Positions 1-10,332 of a stretch of 29,694 bases of DNA are shown one piece after another (the stretch's first letter is position 1; each line of letters opens with the position of its first letter). The notes beneath the pieces were generated by a model, which saw only the letters and a program-made list of their open reading frames with translations, searched no databases and was not told where the DNA came from. The DNA comes from an uncultured Nitrososphaerota archaeon. GTDB taxonomy: Archaea > Korarchaeota > Korarchaeia > Korarchaeales > Korarchaeaceae. The position numbers and the translations under genes are program-made. Location of the stretch: NCBI GenBank assembly GCA_964618805.1, contig CAZUBM010000023.1, positions 1-29,694 on the forward strand, written 5' to 3'.

Positions 1-272
1 AAAATAAATTACGTTGGACTCGCCAGGCTTTTAGTTTAATCTTCAGAACTGCAGCGCTATTTCTTGGCAGCAAAGGCATCAGCGTAAGTAAGAAGAAAGA
101 TATAGTATCCGTCTTCACGCGATATATTAAAGAAGAGGAACTTTGTAGCGTAATCTCTTCCACATTGTTGTTATGGGAAAAATGGAAAACAGAACCGCTT
201 AACGATAAAGAGATAAAAAAGTTACTTGAAAACTCCTTAAAGTTTGTCAAAGGATTACGATTACTACAATAA
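1..272 (+). CDS. 3' end of a gene entering the window; helical domain, possibly a nucleotidyltransferase substrate-binding (HEPN-like) domain
   Basis: Frame 3 is open from base 3 to TAA at 270-272 (NKLRWTRQAFSLIFRTAALFLGSKGISVSKKKDIVSVF...ENSLKFVKGLRLLQ*). There is no start codon in the window, and the family assignment is weak. Confidence 0.5.
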   Translation, partial: NKLRWTRQAFSLIFRTAALFLGSKGISVSKKKDIVSVFTRYIKEEELCSVISSTLLLWEKWKTEPLNDKEIKKLLENSLKFVKGLRLLQ

Positions 273-702
273 CCTACCACAAAAGTGAAAGAGTTGCGTT
301 TCCAAAAGTGCGGGGTTTAGGTTCACATATATGTTTACAATCCACGTTTCTAGGCATTGTGGTAGTAAGTTTAAATTATTGATGAAAAGGCTTCTTCCTC
401 TATGTTTGCGCATTCATTATTGTCTTTTCATGGCCTTGAAAATCATCTCTTCTACATTTTTAGTCTGACTTGCTTTCAAAAGTGAACGGGTGGTTTCAGA
501 CCGAGCATCGGCAGAGTTGGAAGCGCGCGCTTTTTTGGGTCATTTCGCAAATTTACTCCTTTCTCAAGATCCCTATTACCCTTTACTCTTGTTTCTCAAA
601 AAATGGTTAGGTCTATTCCCATATCGATTATCTCCTCACTCTATGGAACTTTTGGATTTTAATATTTGAGAGTAAGCCTTAATGGAGGTATGAGCTGGTG
701 CC

Positions 703-1857
703 ATGAGTAAGAGGGACAGGAATCGAATCATCTTTTTAGCGGTAGGCTTCCTGACATCCATTGCCTCTTCAACATTGAGCCCGCTCTTTCCTGCTTACAT
801 CAAATCTGTCGGAGGGTCGCTTGCCGATATTGGAATCTTCTTCACGGTTTATTCCCTGTGCTGGGTTCCCCTGCAGGTAGTGGCCGGTCATCTAGCTGAT
901 AGGTTCGGCAGGAAGATTATAGCTTGTTTAGGTCTCGCTATCTTCGGTACCTCCACCATCCTCATGGTCTTTGCTGATAACATCCCAAGTCTGGTTGCCT
1001 TTAGGATTTTTCAGGGTATTGGCTTGGGCTTGTTCGGACCATCTATTCTTGGTGCTGTAGCTGGCTTGGAGGAAGCAGGGAGGTCGTTCGCGGAGTTCAG
1101 GACAGCACAGGTTACGGCCCTCATAATTGGACCCCTGCTCGGGGGATTCTTAGCCGACGTATCCTTTGATCTCCCACTCATTCTAGCCTCGATTGGAGCC
1201 TTTTCATCCATACTTCCACTAGTCTGGGCAGAAGAAGCCGCCTGCAAGGAAGATGTCCACCTAGCGTCTATTAGAGAGCTTTTCAGAGATAGACCTCTTT
1301 TAACGATCTGCCTAAGTGGCTTCCTAGCTGAATGTGTCTTTGCTTCCTTCGACATTGTAATCCCTACACCAGGCTTCTGGGTTGGCTGGTCTATGAAGGA
1401 GACCGGCGAGGTACTCTTCTCCTACTTCATCTCATTCATCCTCACCCAAATTCCGCTAGGTCGTTTAGCAGATAGGTTTGGAAAGAGGAAGGTGGTTACC
1501 CTTTGCCTTTTAACATCCTCAGCCATTAGCCTTCTAATGCTAAAGTCAACCCGTCCTATGATCTTTGCCCTAGAAATGGCGGCTTTTGGGATGACCTTGG
1601 GAGGTGTGTTTGTCCAGTCGACTGCCATGGTTGGAGATCTAGCTCCAGAAGGTAGCAGGTCCCTCTACATGGCTCTCTTCGACTCTTTAATAGACTTAAG
1701 CTTTCTAGTCGCTCCCTGAATTTCAACCTTGTTTTTAGCCCTAGATCTAAGGGCTAACTTTGTGCTTTGGACGACTATCTTTCTCCTGGCTGTTCTCCTT
1801 CTGTGTCTTGTGGAAGATTCAGAGCAAAAAGGGTTGTTCGAGGTCAAGCTCGTTTGA
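703..1857 (+). pseudogene. MFS transporter with an in-frame TGA at 1717-1719
   Basis: MFS motif A occurs twice (GHLADRFGRK, GRLADRFGKRK) among multiple TM helices. The same frame continues after the TGA with a further hydrophobic helix (ISTLFLALDLRANFVLWTTIFLLAVLLLCLV) to TGA at 1855-1857. Confidence 0.8.
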
Positions 1858-2142
1858 AGTGTTGATTAAGATGAAGCAAGCAATATTTGGAATATCCCTC
1901 TTAATCGAGTGAAATAGTGCCTATTCTAATGCCTTGGCATTAGAAACTGCATTCTCCTAAAGAGGATTTTCTCTGATTTTTAATTTTCAATATCCGATTG
2001 ATAAGGTTAGGAATTTAATGATAGCTCCTGTAGATGTTAAGCTAGCCTTGGGACTCTTGCTCCCGGTCCAAATTATGACAAACTACTAAGGCCTAGGCTC
2101 GGTGAATTCTTCAATTTTTCGTGTAACAGCAAATAATTAATT

Positions 2143-2188
2143 AAGTAAATTTTAAAATAATGGCAAACAATTAAAGTAAATTTTAAAA
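2143..2188 (+). repeat. 15-bp direct repeat AAGTAAATTTTAAAA (2143-2157, 2174-2188) in the feoAB promoter region
   Basis: Two exact copies with starts 31 bp apart, in AT-rich DNA upstream of feoA. Confidence 0.55.
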
Positions 2189-2217
2189 AATAGTTAGGTG
2201 CCCATGTAATTCTAGTG

Positions 2218-2233
2218 GTTAGGTTTGCCTAAC
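2218..2233. promoter_or_regulatory. Palindrome GTTAGG-TTTG-CCTAAC, candidate DtxR/IdeR-type metal-repressor operator
   Basis: Inverted repeat overlapping the feoA start; resembles the TTAGG...CCTAA core of DtxR-family boxes. Confidence 0.45.
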
Positions 2234-2458
2234 TTTAAGCTATCGGAAGTTGAGGGATACATTAGGCTAGCGGGCACAGAGCTGGAACTCAAGCTGTTAA
2301 ACAAGCTCATATCCATGGGCCTTGCCCACGGTAGGGAGGTCTCGGTGATCTCAAGGGGAAGCTCAGGGGTTCTCCTAGAAGTAGATAACTCTATGGTATT
2401 CGTTAGCGGAAAAGTAGCCCGCTTGTTATTCTGTGAGGTGGACGGTCATGGACGCTAA
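2225..2458 (+). CDS. feoA: Ferrous iron transport protein A
   Basis: 77 aa with the FeoA pattern (KLISMGLAHGREVSVI...VLLEVDNSMVFVSGKVA), directly upstream of and overlapping feoB. Confidence 0.85.
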   Translation: MPNFKLSEVEGYIRLAGTELELKLLNKLISMGLAHGREVSVISRGSSGVLLEVDNSMVFVSGKVARLLFCEVDGHGR

Positions 2459-4367
2459 AGTTGTCCTGTTCGGCCATCCTAACGTCGGGAAATCCGTCCT
2501 ATTCAATCAGCTGACGGGACTTACTGCTATAGTGTCCAACTACCCGGGCACTACGGTAGAGATTTACGAGGGCGAGGTGAGGGTTGAGGGATTCCGCCTA
2601 AGGATATCAGATGCGCCTGGGGCTTATTCGCTGTTAGCTACGAACGAGGCAGAGGACGTGGCCAGGAGATTACTGTTTGAGGGCAAGCCAGATGTAGTGG
2701 TTCAGGTAGCCGATGCCACCAGCCTCAGGAGGCATCTTTACCTGACGCTTGAGCTCTTGGAGCTCGGCCTGCCCCTCATCCTCGTGCTTAACCAAGTAGA
2801 TAGGGCTGAAAAAGCCGGGATAAAGATCGATAGAGAGGAATTAGAGCGAGCATTAGGGATCCCCATCGTCCTGATGGCCGCCGTCGAGGGAAGAGGAATC
2901 GAGGAGCTCCTAAAAACGATAGTCGACGTCCTGAAGAGCGAAAGAGCGCCAAGCCCTCTTAGGCTGTTCCCTGAAGTAGAGGAACGCCTCGCCGAACTTG
3001 AGGAGCCCCTTGGCGATAAATTACCACTTAAGCTAAGGAGATTCACGAGGGCTTTAGCCTCTCTAATGGCAATGGGTGATGAATTCGGCTACTTAACCGA
3101 AGATCTGCCTAGCGAGCTTAGAGATCGCCTCAAAGGCCTCGGCAGGGATTTGATGCTGGCGAGAGCTAAGCTAGCTAATGCCATCTATGAGAGGGTCATG
3201 GTCAGTGAGGGGAGAGCCTTCAAACCCAACGTTATTGATCGCTTACTGGTAAGGCCGATAACGGGCCTGATCGTCGCATCCTTAATTATGCTAGCTGTCA
3301 TCTGGTCAATGCTGGGCGTCATACATGAGGTAGGACATAGGCTCCCCTCTATCCTCTACTATGGTTTTTATGAACCTATCCTCAGGAGTGGTTTAGATGC
3401 TGTCTTATCCGATGGTCTCCTCAAATATATCCTGATAGGGGATTCACCTGGCATATACTCCTCACTTGGTCTCCTGACCACGGGCGTCTTCTTCGTATTC
3501 TTCATGATACTCCCGTGTCTCTTCGTCTTATACCTCGTGCTCGGCATCTTGGAGGACTCAGGCCTCCTGCCAAGGCTGGCTATACCCTTTGACGCCCCCC
3601 TCAAGAGAATGGGGGCCTGCGGGGAGGCTATGTGCCCCATAGTGACTGGAAGCGGTTGCAGCATAGTAGGTATATTCGCCACGAGGATCCTCAGGACGGA
3701 GAAGGCCAAGTTCATAGCCTCCCTCATCCAGTGGATCGGGGTGCCGTGCATGGCCGAACAGGTCATGATATGGTTGGTGTTAGGCCATTATGGCCCAGCT
3801 TACGTGGCCTTCCTCTATGCGATTCTCCTGGTGTCTACGATCACGACTGGCTTGATCTTGAACGCTCTACTGCGAGGGAGAGAGGGGCCGCTCATCATGG
3901 AGCTGCCGCCCTGGAGGAGGCCTCAATTCAAGAACGTGTTAAAGAAAACGATCATCAGGATAAAGGAATTCTTGCTCAAGGGGACCCCTCTCGTGCTCTT
4001 GGGCGTGCTAATCGTGAACCTGCTCTATTACACGGGCTTGATAGATGTCTTAGCCAGGCTAATGGCGCCCGTGGTCTCGGGCCTCTTCAACTTGCCCGAC
4101 CATGTCGTAGCCTCCATGGTGATAGGCGTGTTGAGGAAAGACGTGGCGGTGGGAATGTTGAAGACCGTGGCCTTGGACATGACAGCCCTCCAAATGCTGA
4201 CAGCAGTGACTGTAGTGACGCTCTACTTCCCATGCGTGGGCTCCTTGGTCGTGACGCTCAAGGAATTAGGCCCTAAGCGTACCCTCCTCATGATAATTAT
4301 CATGACTATCATCACGGCTGTGGTGGGTAGTCTCATGGGCTTTTTATCGAGGCTCTGCCAGGGCTGA
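2448..4367 (+). CDS. feoB: Ferrous iron transporter B
   Basis: G1 GHPNVGKS, G2 NYPGTT, G3 DAPG, G4 NQVD; membrane domain with LEDSG, MELPP and LYFPC. ATG at 2448 is the likely start. Confidence 0.97.
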   Translation: MDAKVVLFGHPNVGKSVLFNQLTGLTAIVSNYPGTTVEIYEGEVRVEGFRLRISDAPGAYSLLATNEAEDVARRLLFEGKPDVVVQVADATSLRRHLYLTLELLELGLPLILVLNQVDRAEKAGIKIDREELERALGIPIVLMAAVEGRGIEELLKTIVDVLKSERAPSPLRLFPEVEERLAELEEPLGDKLPLKLRRFTRALASLMAMGDEFGYLTEDLPSELRDRLKGLGRDLMLARAKLANAIYERVMVSEGRAFKPNVIDRLLVRPITGLIVASLIMLAVIWSMLGVIHEVGHRLPSILYYGFYEPILRSGLDAVLSDGLLKYILIGDSPGIYSSLGLLTTGVFFVFFMILPCLFVLYLVLGILEDSGLLPRLAIPFDAPLKRMGACGEAMCPIVTGSGCSIVGIFATRILRTEKAKFIASLIQWIGVPCMAEQVMIWLVLGHYGPAYVAFLYAILLVSTITTGLILNALLRGREGPLIMELPPWRRPQFKNVLKKTIIRIKEFLLKGTPLVLLGVLIVNLLYYTGLIDVLARLMAPVVSGLFNLPDHVVASMVIGVLRKDVAVGMLKTVALDMTALQMLTAVTVVTLYFPCVGSLVVTLKELGPKRTLLMIIIMTIITAVVGSLMGFLSRLCQG

Positions 4368-4495
4368 ACTCATTTCTCTGATGGCCTCAGTCTCGAGGAG
4401 CTCACTTGTATATCTCCACGCCTTCGGACCCTACCTTGATCTTGCTCATCATCGCCCTGAACCTCTTGCCGTAGTTCGTCCAATTTTCGTCGAAT

Positions 4496-4650
4496 TTAGC
4501 GCGCTAGAAGTCTCGCGTGCCTGAGAAGAGCCTTACCAAGCTCTGTCAGCTCGTACTTCCCGTCCTTTCCTTTCTCAACTAGCCTATTGAGCCTGTCTAA
4601 GTGGAAGCCCACTTCCCTGCTAGATCCCATGTCAAGTTCCCTCATTATCG
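4496..4650 (-). pseudogene. Fragment of a winged-helix (ArsR-like) DNA-binding protein
   Basis: Minus strand reads IMRELDMGSSREVGFHLDRLNRLVEKGKDGKYELTELGKALLRH. The N-terminal helices are missing and the fragment is bounded by (GC)n tracts. Confidence 0.6.
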
Positions 4651-4662
4651 CGCGCGCTAAAC

Positions 4663-4877
4663 GACGAATTGGCTCGAACTGCCCTCAATTACGTAAAGGA
4701 GTCCATGATGACCTATCTCGATCGTAAAAAGGGCCTCAAGTGGATATTGGGGGTTATTAGGAGTTCAGGGGTTAGAGAGGAGCTTCTATGGAGGGTATTC
4801 AAGGAGCTTGAGAGATACGGAGACAGGAAGCTATGGGAGGAGGCCTAGAACCTTGCGGGAAGAGAAGATACCTATAA
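4663..4877 (+). pseudogene. Repeated small ORF family, copy 1 (frameshift near the 3' end)
   Basis: DELARTALNYVKESMMTYLDRKKGLKWILGVIRSSGVREELLWRVFKELERYGDRKLWEEA*, then after a 1-nt shift (L)EPCGKRRYL*. Homologous to 9950-10135. Confidence 0.75.
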
Positions 4878-5266
4878 GCATTGAAAGATTCTCCAATCTT
4901 CACGAGGGAAAGGCTTGTTTAAGGCATTCTGTTAGATGTGTGGGAGATCTAAGAAGCTTAAGGAAATCTGCATCTATTTTTAGACCTCTGTGGATGCTGT
5001 GAAGTACGCTATCCTTATAGGATCGAGAAACATCATTTTTCCTTGACATAGCCATGTTCCCCTAAAAGATGCTATAAAACAGCCCTTGAAGCAAGAAAGT
5101 AATCTCTAGGGAATCTATCTGTCTTTCCTCCATGAAAAAGCTAAGATCATAGGCCTTGTTACATTTTTAGTATAAATTTATAATGGAGCCATGGTCTTAG
5201 AGAAAAGGCAACGAGGATTCCTTACCTAAATCACTGATTTAGGAAGGGGTCCTCCAATGGCCAAAG

Positions 5267-8200
5267 GTGAGAACTTTGCCTTCCATTCGGAAGGTATCCT
5301 CATCCCTTGCATTATTAGCATTGAGTCTATTCCATATTTCCTTGCTAGGAGTTCCTTCTCCCCTAACAATCACATCTCCTAAGCCAGGAAATATTGCCTT
5401 AACTGGAGTTCCTCTCCCTATAAAATGGAGCGTCTCGTCAGGGGTTCCAGAAAATGCTTGGATAAAATTGGAGTACAGCACCGGAGGGGATGAATGGACA
5501 GAGATAACCTGTCTTCCAATAATGTCAGTGACGGGCGGTTCAGAATACCTGTGGAATGTTCCAAGGGACCTTGTGGGGAAATCCGTAACGATAAGAGGTC
5601 TTTTGTTGTCATCCTGCGGAGGAGGCATTGTGACAAGTTATGGAGGGGACGAAGTAGGGCCCTTGCCAGTGAAGGAGGGGTTCATCGTGGTTGTTACAAA
5701 TACAACTGAAAATAGGGAAAACCTAGAGTTGATGGGGATCTCAGTTCCAGAAGAAGAGAGGTTCAATCTTACCTTTAGAGAGCGATGGGAGACTTACGTT
5801 ATTAGAAAACCGTCTGCATCGCCAGATGGGAAGTACGTGGCTTACATTAAAGGAACTTCCATCTATGGAGGTAAGGACGATGAAGTATATATCATGAGCT
5901 TGACAGGTAGTTGGAACGTTCAAGTAACTGAAGACTACCTAAGGCAGTGGGATCCAACGGTTGCTCCGGGAGGAGAGTTCGTTGCATATGTGGAAGAGGA
6001 TAGGTCGGGTCTTCCTCACAAACTCATTCTTAAGAAAGTTGTTGAAAACGGATTGGGCTTTGTCGAGAGTCAAGAAACCTTGATATTTAGTCTTCCAGAG
6101 AATTCCTTGGGGAGCGTGAGAGATCCATCCTTCTCAGCAGATGGAAAAACCCTTTCTTTCTCCGTTAGCATGGATGGAGAATCTTACTCGATATATCTCG
6201 TGAACTTGGAGAAACCGGGCTTTCCTGTCGCGAGCATAACCGAAAACTTTCCGGATAGGTCATTCAGAAATCCATCCTGGTCCCCTGATAGTGAGTGGTT
6301 AGCCGTATCCGTAGATGTCCCGGGACCTACTTTTCCAACCGACAACTGTAGGATAGGATTGCTCAAAGCAGATGGATCTACTCTCATCTTAATCGAGTCC
6401 GATAAGGCTGAGTTCAATCCTTCATGGTCTCCTGATGGAAATTACTTGGTTTACCTGAGAAAAGGTTTCTCTCCAGAGATAAGCTACTACTACACCGAAT
6501 TATGGATGGCTAGGGTCGATAATGCTTTGACCCCCGCCGCCCCGCAAACCCTAACTTCAGGCCAACAGCGAGGCGTTTACACAGCGAGCGTGCAAAAACA
6601 GAAGCTAACTAACCTAAAAAATTCGTTTTTCGCAGAAGGTAGAGAAGATGCGTCTCCTTCATGGATGTGGTGCACTGCTCCCGTAATATTGGATTCTAAG
6701 TTAGAGGGAAAGGTTGGAAGGTATTTCTCTCACAAACTGAGTGCGATAGGGGGAGTTCCTCCTTACTCCTGGTCTCTGGCTCCTGGCAGTACTCTACCGG
6801 ATGGACTTAGACTGGAAAGCAGGGGTAGCATAAGGGGAACTCCTACAACACCAGTTGTCAACCATGAGTTTGTCGTTCAGGTAACCGATAGCAATGGACT
6901 TACCTCTAGTAAGGTCATCACGATAGATGTGTTGCCTGAGGAAAGCTTGGAGATCACAACAACTGATATGCTATTCATAATAGGGCCGAATGCGACGGAA
7001 AAAACTGCTAAAATAGAGTTCGAGGGGGGAGTTCCACCGTATAGTGTTGAAGTTGGCTGGGGATTCACCGCAGACGCGGACAAGTTTTATTACGTCACGC
7101 ATACTAATCCTAGAACCTCTGGAGGGTTTGTGGAAATAGGCCCGAGAATAGATTTTGCGAACGATCCTCTAAGCGTTACATGCACAGTTTCAATCACCGA
7201 TTCCCTTGGTTTCAGGACTTATCGTAGCTTCAGCATTTACAATGTGATAATTGAGCCCATATCTACGGCCTGGGACAAGGGTAGCTTCTATATAAGGGCA
7301 GATTCCTTTCCAGATCTCGCAGGCCTATCACCAGATTATTTTTATGCGACGTTTGAGGCTAAGGGCAAGGAAATACTTCTTCCAATCCTCGAATTTAACG
7401 CTCCCAGTCCTTCATTAGGCAGGGACTACGCAACTTTCAAGATAACCATGCCAGGAGGTTGGAACTTCCCCTGGCGTCCAGGAGAGTGGACGGCAATGGG
7501 CACCTTGAAGCTGCACATCGATATCCCTGGGGCTGAATACACCCGCGTCTCATGTAATATGCCCGTGCACAGGTCTTGGTTCAGGTTCGACTACGGCCTT
7601 CAGATGGGAAATCCGCTGGGGAAGCCTCCAGTATCTTGGGATGAGTGGTGCTATTTCTTCGGGGATGAAGATTGTTGCTTCAGTTCATGGATCTCAGACT
7701 GCCCAGACTGCTCTATAGGTCCTTGGTTTGCGCCCAAGCCAATTAATTGGCTTGTATATGAGATAGCCAGGAGTTCAACCGGAAATGGGTATTGCTTTGG
7801 GATGTGCGTCACTGCGAGGGACCTTCACGATGGGGAACTGAAGCTCTGGATAAGCGGATCAGAAGACTCTCCACGCCTGGCTCCTCCAGACGACTACCCT
7901 TTCCCACACGAGTATTTTGATGAGCTGCTCTGGAATGGTAGGATTTCGAGCAGGCATGGCTTTTACTTGGAGGATGCGATTAGGAGGAACCATTTATGGC
8001 AATTTAGCATGGAAGCACTTCCCCATATTTTGGACGCGCTCATTCCAGGGCTGGCGGAATCGATAAGTCGCATCTCAGGAGAAGGCGTCTTTCAAATGAA
8101 CGAACTTCTCGAAGAGATAGATGAGTTCAAGTCAGGTGAGGGGGATCCGCCAATTGTGTGCATATATAACGGCATCTTGAATGGACACGCATTGTTGGCT

Positions 8201-9778
8201 TACGACTACGAATATCTTCCAGATGGAAGGATAGCCGTCAAGGTCTACGACCCGAACAAGCCGTTTCACTACTTAAATAGGTCAGATCATAAGAGCACAC
8301 TCTACCTAATACCAGGTGGAGGCATGGTTGACTGGGAGTATGACATGTCAAGCAGCCCTGACAGTAGTGATATATGGCACGGAGTGGAGCAATGGCATCC
8401 TTTCGTGTGGAGTCCCTTCGCGGTAGTCCCACTAGACGATCTTAAGGGAGATCCTGATGGAATAGATATGTATGACATCCCTGAGATAGGATTGGATCTC
8501 CTGTGGGAGATAGTGGTAGGGTCAGCGCACACCGAGCAGATAACAGATCCAAAGGGAAGGTTCTTCTACAATGAGAAAGGGCTGAGAAATTGGGATCTCG
8601 CCACGACTCTGCCGTTCTCCGCAAGAATTCCTCTGCTTGGTTCTTCGAAGAGTGCTCCAGAGCTTTACTTCCTAGCTACGAACAACACTTACTCCTGGAC
8701 CATCGTTGGAGACTCTGAGGGCTCTTACAAGTTAATAGGTCAGATGGTCAAGAACGCAGTTTTCGGATTCGAGGGAGTAGAGACCTCTCCAGATTCTAGG
8801 GACCTAATAGAGATAGATCCAACTCAAGTTAGGGTCTCAATAAGGCCAAAAACCGAGAGCAAGGGCTTCTCCTTGAGATACATAAGGTGGGACGAGGAAG
8901 GATCATACGTCAGAGTTGTTACCTTGAGGCTCCCTAACTTCCCCAGAGAAAGCTGCCTTGAGGGAATTGCTGATCCAGAACAAGATTTCATCTGCATCAG
9001 AAACGATGGGCCTCTGAGCACGACCTACGACTTATTAATAGAGTTCCTGAATCCATCCGGTCTCCAAAAGTTCGAGTGCGATGGTATATCAATTGGCCCA
9101 GGCGAGACGCACAGAATAAAGCCGGACTGGGATAAGTTGCAGTCAGCAACCCTTGAAATAGACGTAGATAAGGATGGGACTCCAGAAAAGAGCCTAAGTT
9201 TGGAGGAAAAAGTTGAAGGACCCGTGGCAGATGCTGGACCAGATGTTTTTGCGGTGGCTGGCCCTGACGACTTTGCTAAGGTCACATTGGACGGAACTGG
9301 GTCATATTCACCTACGGGAAGACCATTAACTTACACATGGACAGGAGGGTTCCTGGAAGGTAATGGATCAGCTCACGGATGCTCTCCCATCCTCACCTTC
9401 CCCGTTGGAGTATGGCCAGTTGAGCTTAGGGTCTCTGATGGAGAGAGAACCTCTTTTCCTGACATCGTCCTTGTGAGAGTTGTGCCCCATGCAACTAATC
9501 TTACTGATTCTGATGGAGACGGAATTGCTGACATGTTTGAGGAGGACATATTTGGAACCGATCCCAACTCCGCTGACACGGATGGGGACGGCATACCTGA
9601 CTCTAAAGACAGGATGCCGCTAAGTCCAGGCGAGACAACAGGAACTCCTACTTCTAAGGCCAAACGAATCCCAATACTTGACATACTAGAGCAGAATTTG
9701 TATCTAGCCATGGCTGTTGGTTTGATCGTAGCTATCTTGATACTAATCCTTCTGTTGAAGTCAACTAGCAGGTCCTAA
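5267..9778 (+). CDS. Large membrane-anchored cell-surface protein: signal peptide, TolB-like beta-propeller, Ig-like domains, putative Cys-His-Asp protease domain, PKD domain, Ca-binding DxDGDG repeats, C-terminal TM
   Basis: PD40 repeats (PSASPDG, PSFSADG, PSWSPDS, PSWSPDG); GGVPPYSWS...LPDGL Ig-like motif; PVADAGPD...TLDGTGSYSP PKD motif; DSDGDG and DTDGDG; hydrophobic N- and C-termini. Confidence 0.85.
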   Translation: MRTLPSIRKVSSSLALLALSLFHISLLGVPSPLTITSPKPGNIALTGVPLPIKWSVSSGVPENAWIKLEYSTGGDEWTEITCLPIMSVTGGSEYLWNVPRDLVGKSVTIRGLLLSSCGGGIVTSYGGDEVGPLPVKEGFIVVVTNTTENRENLELMGISVPEEERFNLTFRERWETYVIRKPSASPDGKYVAYIKGTSIYGGKDDEVYIMSLTGSWNVQVTEDYLRQWDPTVAPGGEFVAYVEEDRSGLPHKLILKKVVENGLGFVESQETLIFSLPENSLGSVRDPSFSADGKTLSFSVSMDGESYSIYLVNLEKPGFPVASITENFPDRSFRNPSWSPDSEWLAVSVDVPGPTFPTDNCRIGLLKADGSTLILIESDKAEFNPSWSPDGNYLVYLRKGFSPEISYYYTELWMARVDNALTPAAPQTLTSGQQRGVYTASVQKQKLTNLKNSFFAEGREDASPSWMWCTAPVILDSKLEGKVGRYFSHKLSAIGGVPPYSWSLAPGSTLPDGLRLESRGSIRGTPTTPVVNHEFVVQVTDSNGLTSSKVITIDVLPEESLEITTTDMLFIIGPNATEKTAKIEFEGGVPPYSVEVGWGFTADADKFYYVTHTNPRTSGGFVEIGPRIDFANDPLSVTCTVSITDSLGFRTYRSFSIYNVIIEPISTAWDKGSFYIRADSFPDLAGLSPDYFYATFEAKGKEILLPILEFNAPSPSLGRDYATFKITMPGGWNFPWRPGEWTAMGTLKLHIDIPGAEYTRVSCNMPVHRSWFRFDYGLQMGNPLGKPPVSWDEWCYFFGDEDCCFSSWISDCPDCSIGPWFAPKPINWLVYEIARSSTGNGYCFGMCVTARDLHDGELKLWISGSEDSPRLAPPDDYPFPHEYFDELLWNGRISSRHGFYLEDAIRRNHLWQFSMEALPHILDALIPGLAESISRISGEGVFQMNELLEEIDEFKSGEGDPPIVCIYNGILNGHALLAYDYEYLPDGRIAVKVYDPNKPFHYLNRSDHKSTLYLIPGGGMVDWEYDMSSSPDSSDIWHGVEQWHPFVWSPFAVVPLDDLKGDPDGIDMYDIPEIGLDLLWEIVVGSAHTEQITDPKGRFFYNEKGLRNWDLATTLPFSARIPLLGSSKSAPELYFLATNNTYSWTIVGDSEGSYKLIGQMVKNAVFGFEGVETSPDSRDLIEIDPTQVRVSIRPKTESKGFSLRYIRWDEEGSYVRVVTLRLPNFPRESCLEGIADPEQDFICIRNDGPLSTTYDLLIEFLNPSGLQKFECDGISIGPGETHRIKPDWDKLQSATLEIDVDKDGTPEKSLSLEEKVEGPVADAGPDVFAVAGPDDFAKVTLDGTGSYSPTGRPLTYTWTGGFLEGNGSAHGCSPILTFPVGVWPVELRVSDGERTSFPDIVLVRVVPHATNLTDSDGDGIADMFEEDIFGTDPNSADTDGDGIPDSKDRMPLSPGETTGTPTSKAKRIPILDILEQNLYLAMAVGLIVAILILILLLKSTSRS

Positions 9779-9803
9779 GGTAGTGTGCACAAATGAAAGT
9801 TCC

Positions 9804-9842
9804 TTCTTTCTTTTTTTCTTGTTTTTTGTAGTTTATTTATTA
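9804..9842 (+). terminator. Oligo-T archaeal terminator region
   Basis: Several T runs directly after the stop of the 1503-aa gene. Confidence 0.5.
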
Positions 9843-9949
9843 TTGATAGAAGGGCTTTTCAAGGCATTATCCATTTCAAATGTGAGTTTCCTTTTTCAGA
9901 ATAAGGCTCTCCTGAAATTCCAAGATAGGTTCAAGCAGCTGTCAACTAC

Positions 9950-10135
9950 GTGAAGAGGTCGATGATCGCATATCTGGACGGGAAGAAGGAGTTAAAGTGG
10001 ATTGTTGGTGTCATAAAAAGTTCAGGGGTTAGAGGACAACTCCTTTTGAATGTCTTCGAGGAGCTCGCAACCTACGGGGATAGGAGGAGGTGGGAAGAGG
10101 TCTTGGATGCTTGTAAGAGGAAAGGGTTCTTCTAA
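9950..10135 (+). CDS. Repeated small ORF family, copy 2 (hypothetical protein, possibly 5'-truncated)
   Basis: 61-aa ORF. Homology to copy 1 extends upstream of the called start (VQAAVNYVKRSM). Confidence 0.65.
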   Translation: MKRSMIAYLDGKKELKWIVGVIKSSGVRGQLLLNVFEELATYGDRRRWEEVLDACKRKGFF

Positions 10136-10157
10136 TCGTGTGTCCATAAGACCTGAT

Positions 10158-10290
10158 CTACCTAGACCTCTTTTCCAGCTTTGGCCAGCTCTATAAGTCT
10201 CCTTATTATGTCGTCGTAGGTCTCCCCTTCTTGCCAAGTTCCTTCAGCATCTCCCTCGTCTCCTTCGATATCTGGATGTAGTAAGCTCCT
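10158..10290 (-). pseudogene. Frameshifted paralogue of the RHH/antitoxin-like gene at 21555-21710
   Basis: Reads IQISKETREMLKELGKK / ETYDDIIRRLIELAK, near-identical in DNA to about 21555-21680 but with small deletions. Confidence 0.85.
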
Positions 10291-10332
10291 CCTTTCTCCA
10301 CGATATCTTGATTACACAACATAGCAATGAGA

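Noticed and set aside
3632-4276. 214-aa alternative-frame ORF, plus the antisense ORFs inside feoB, the MFS gene and the 1503-aa gene
   Set aside because: Shadow ORFs overlapping well-supported genes, with no recognisable motifs.
4493-4501. AATTTAGCG identical to the tRNA-iMet 3' boundary (23212-23220)
   Set aside because: Only 9 bp, too short to call an attachment site; no longer tRNA duplicate was found.
4808-5002. 64-aa ORF from the track
   Set aside because: An out-of-frame overlap with small-ORF copy 1 rather than an independent gene.
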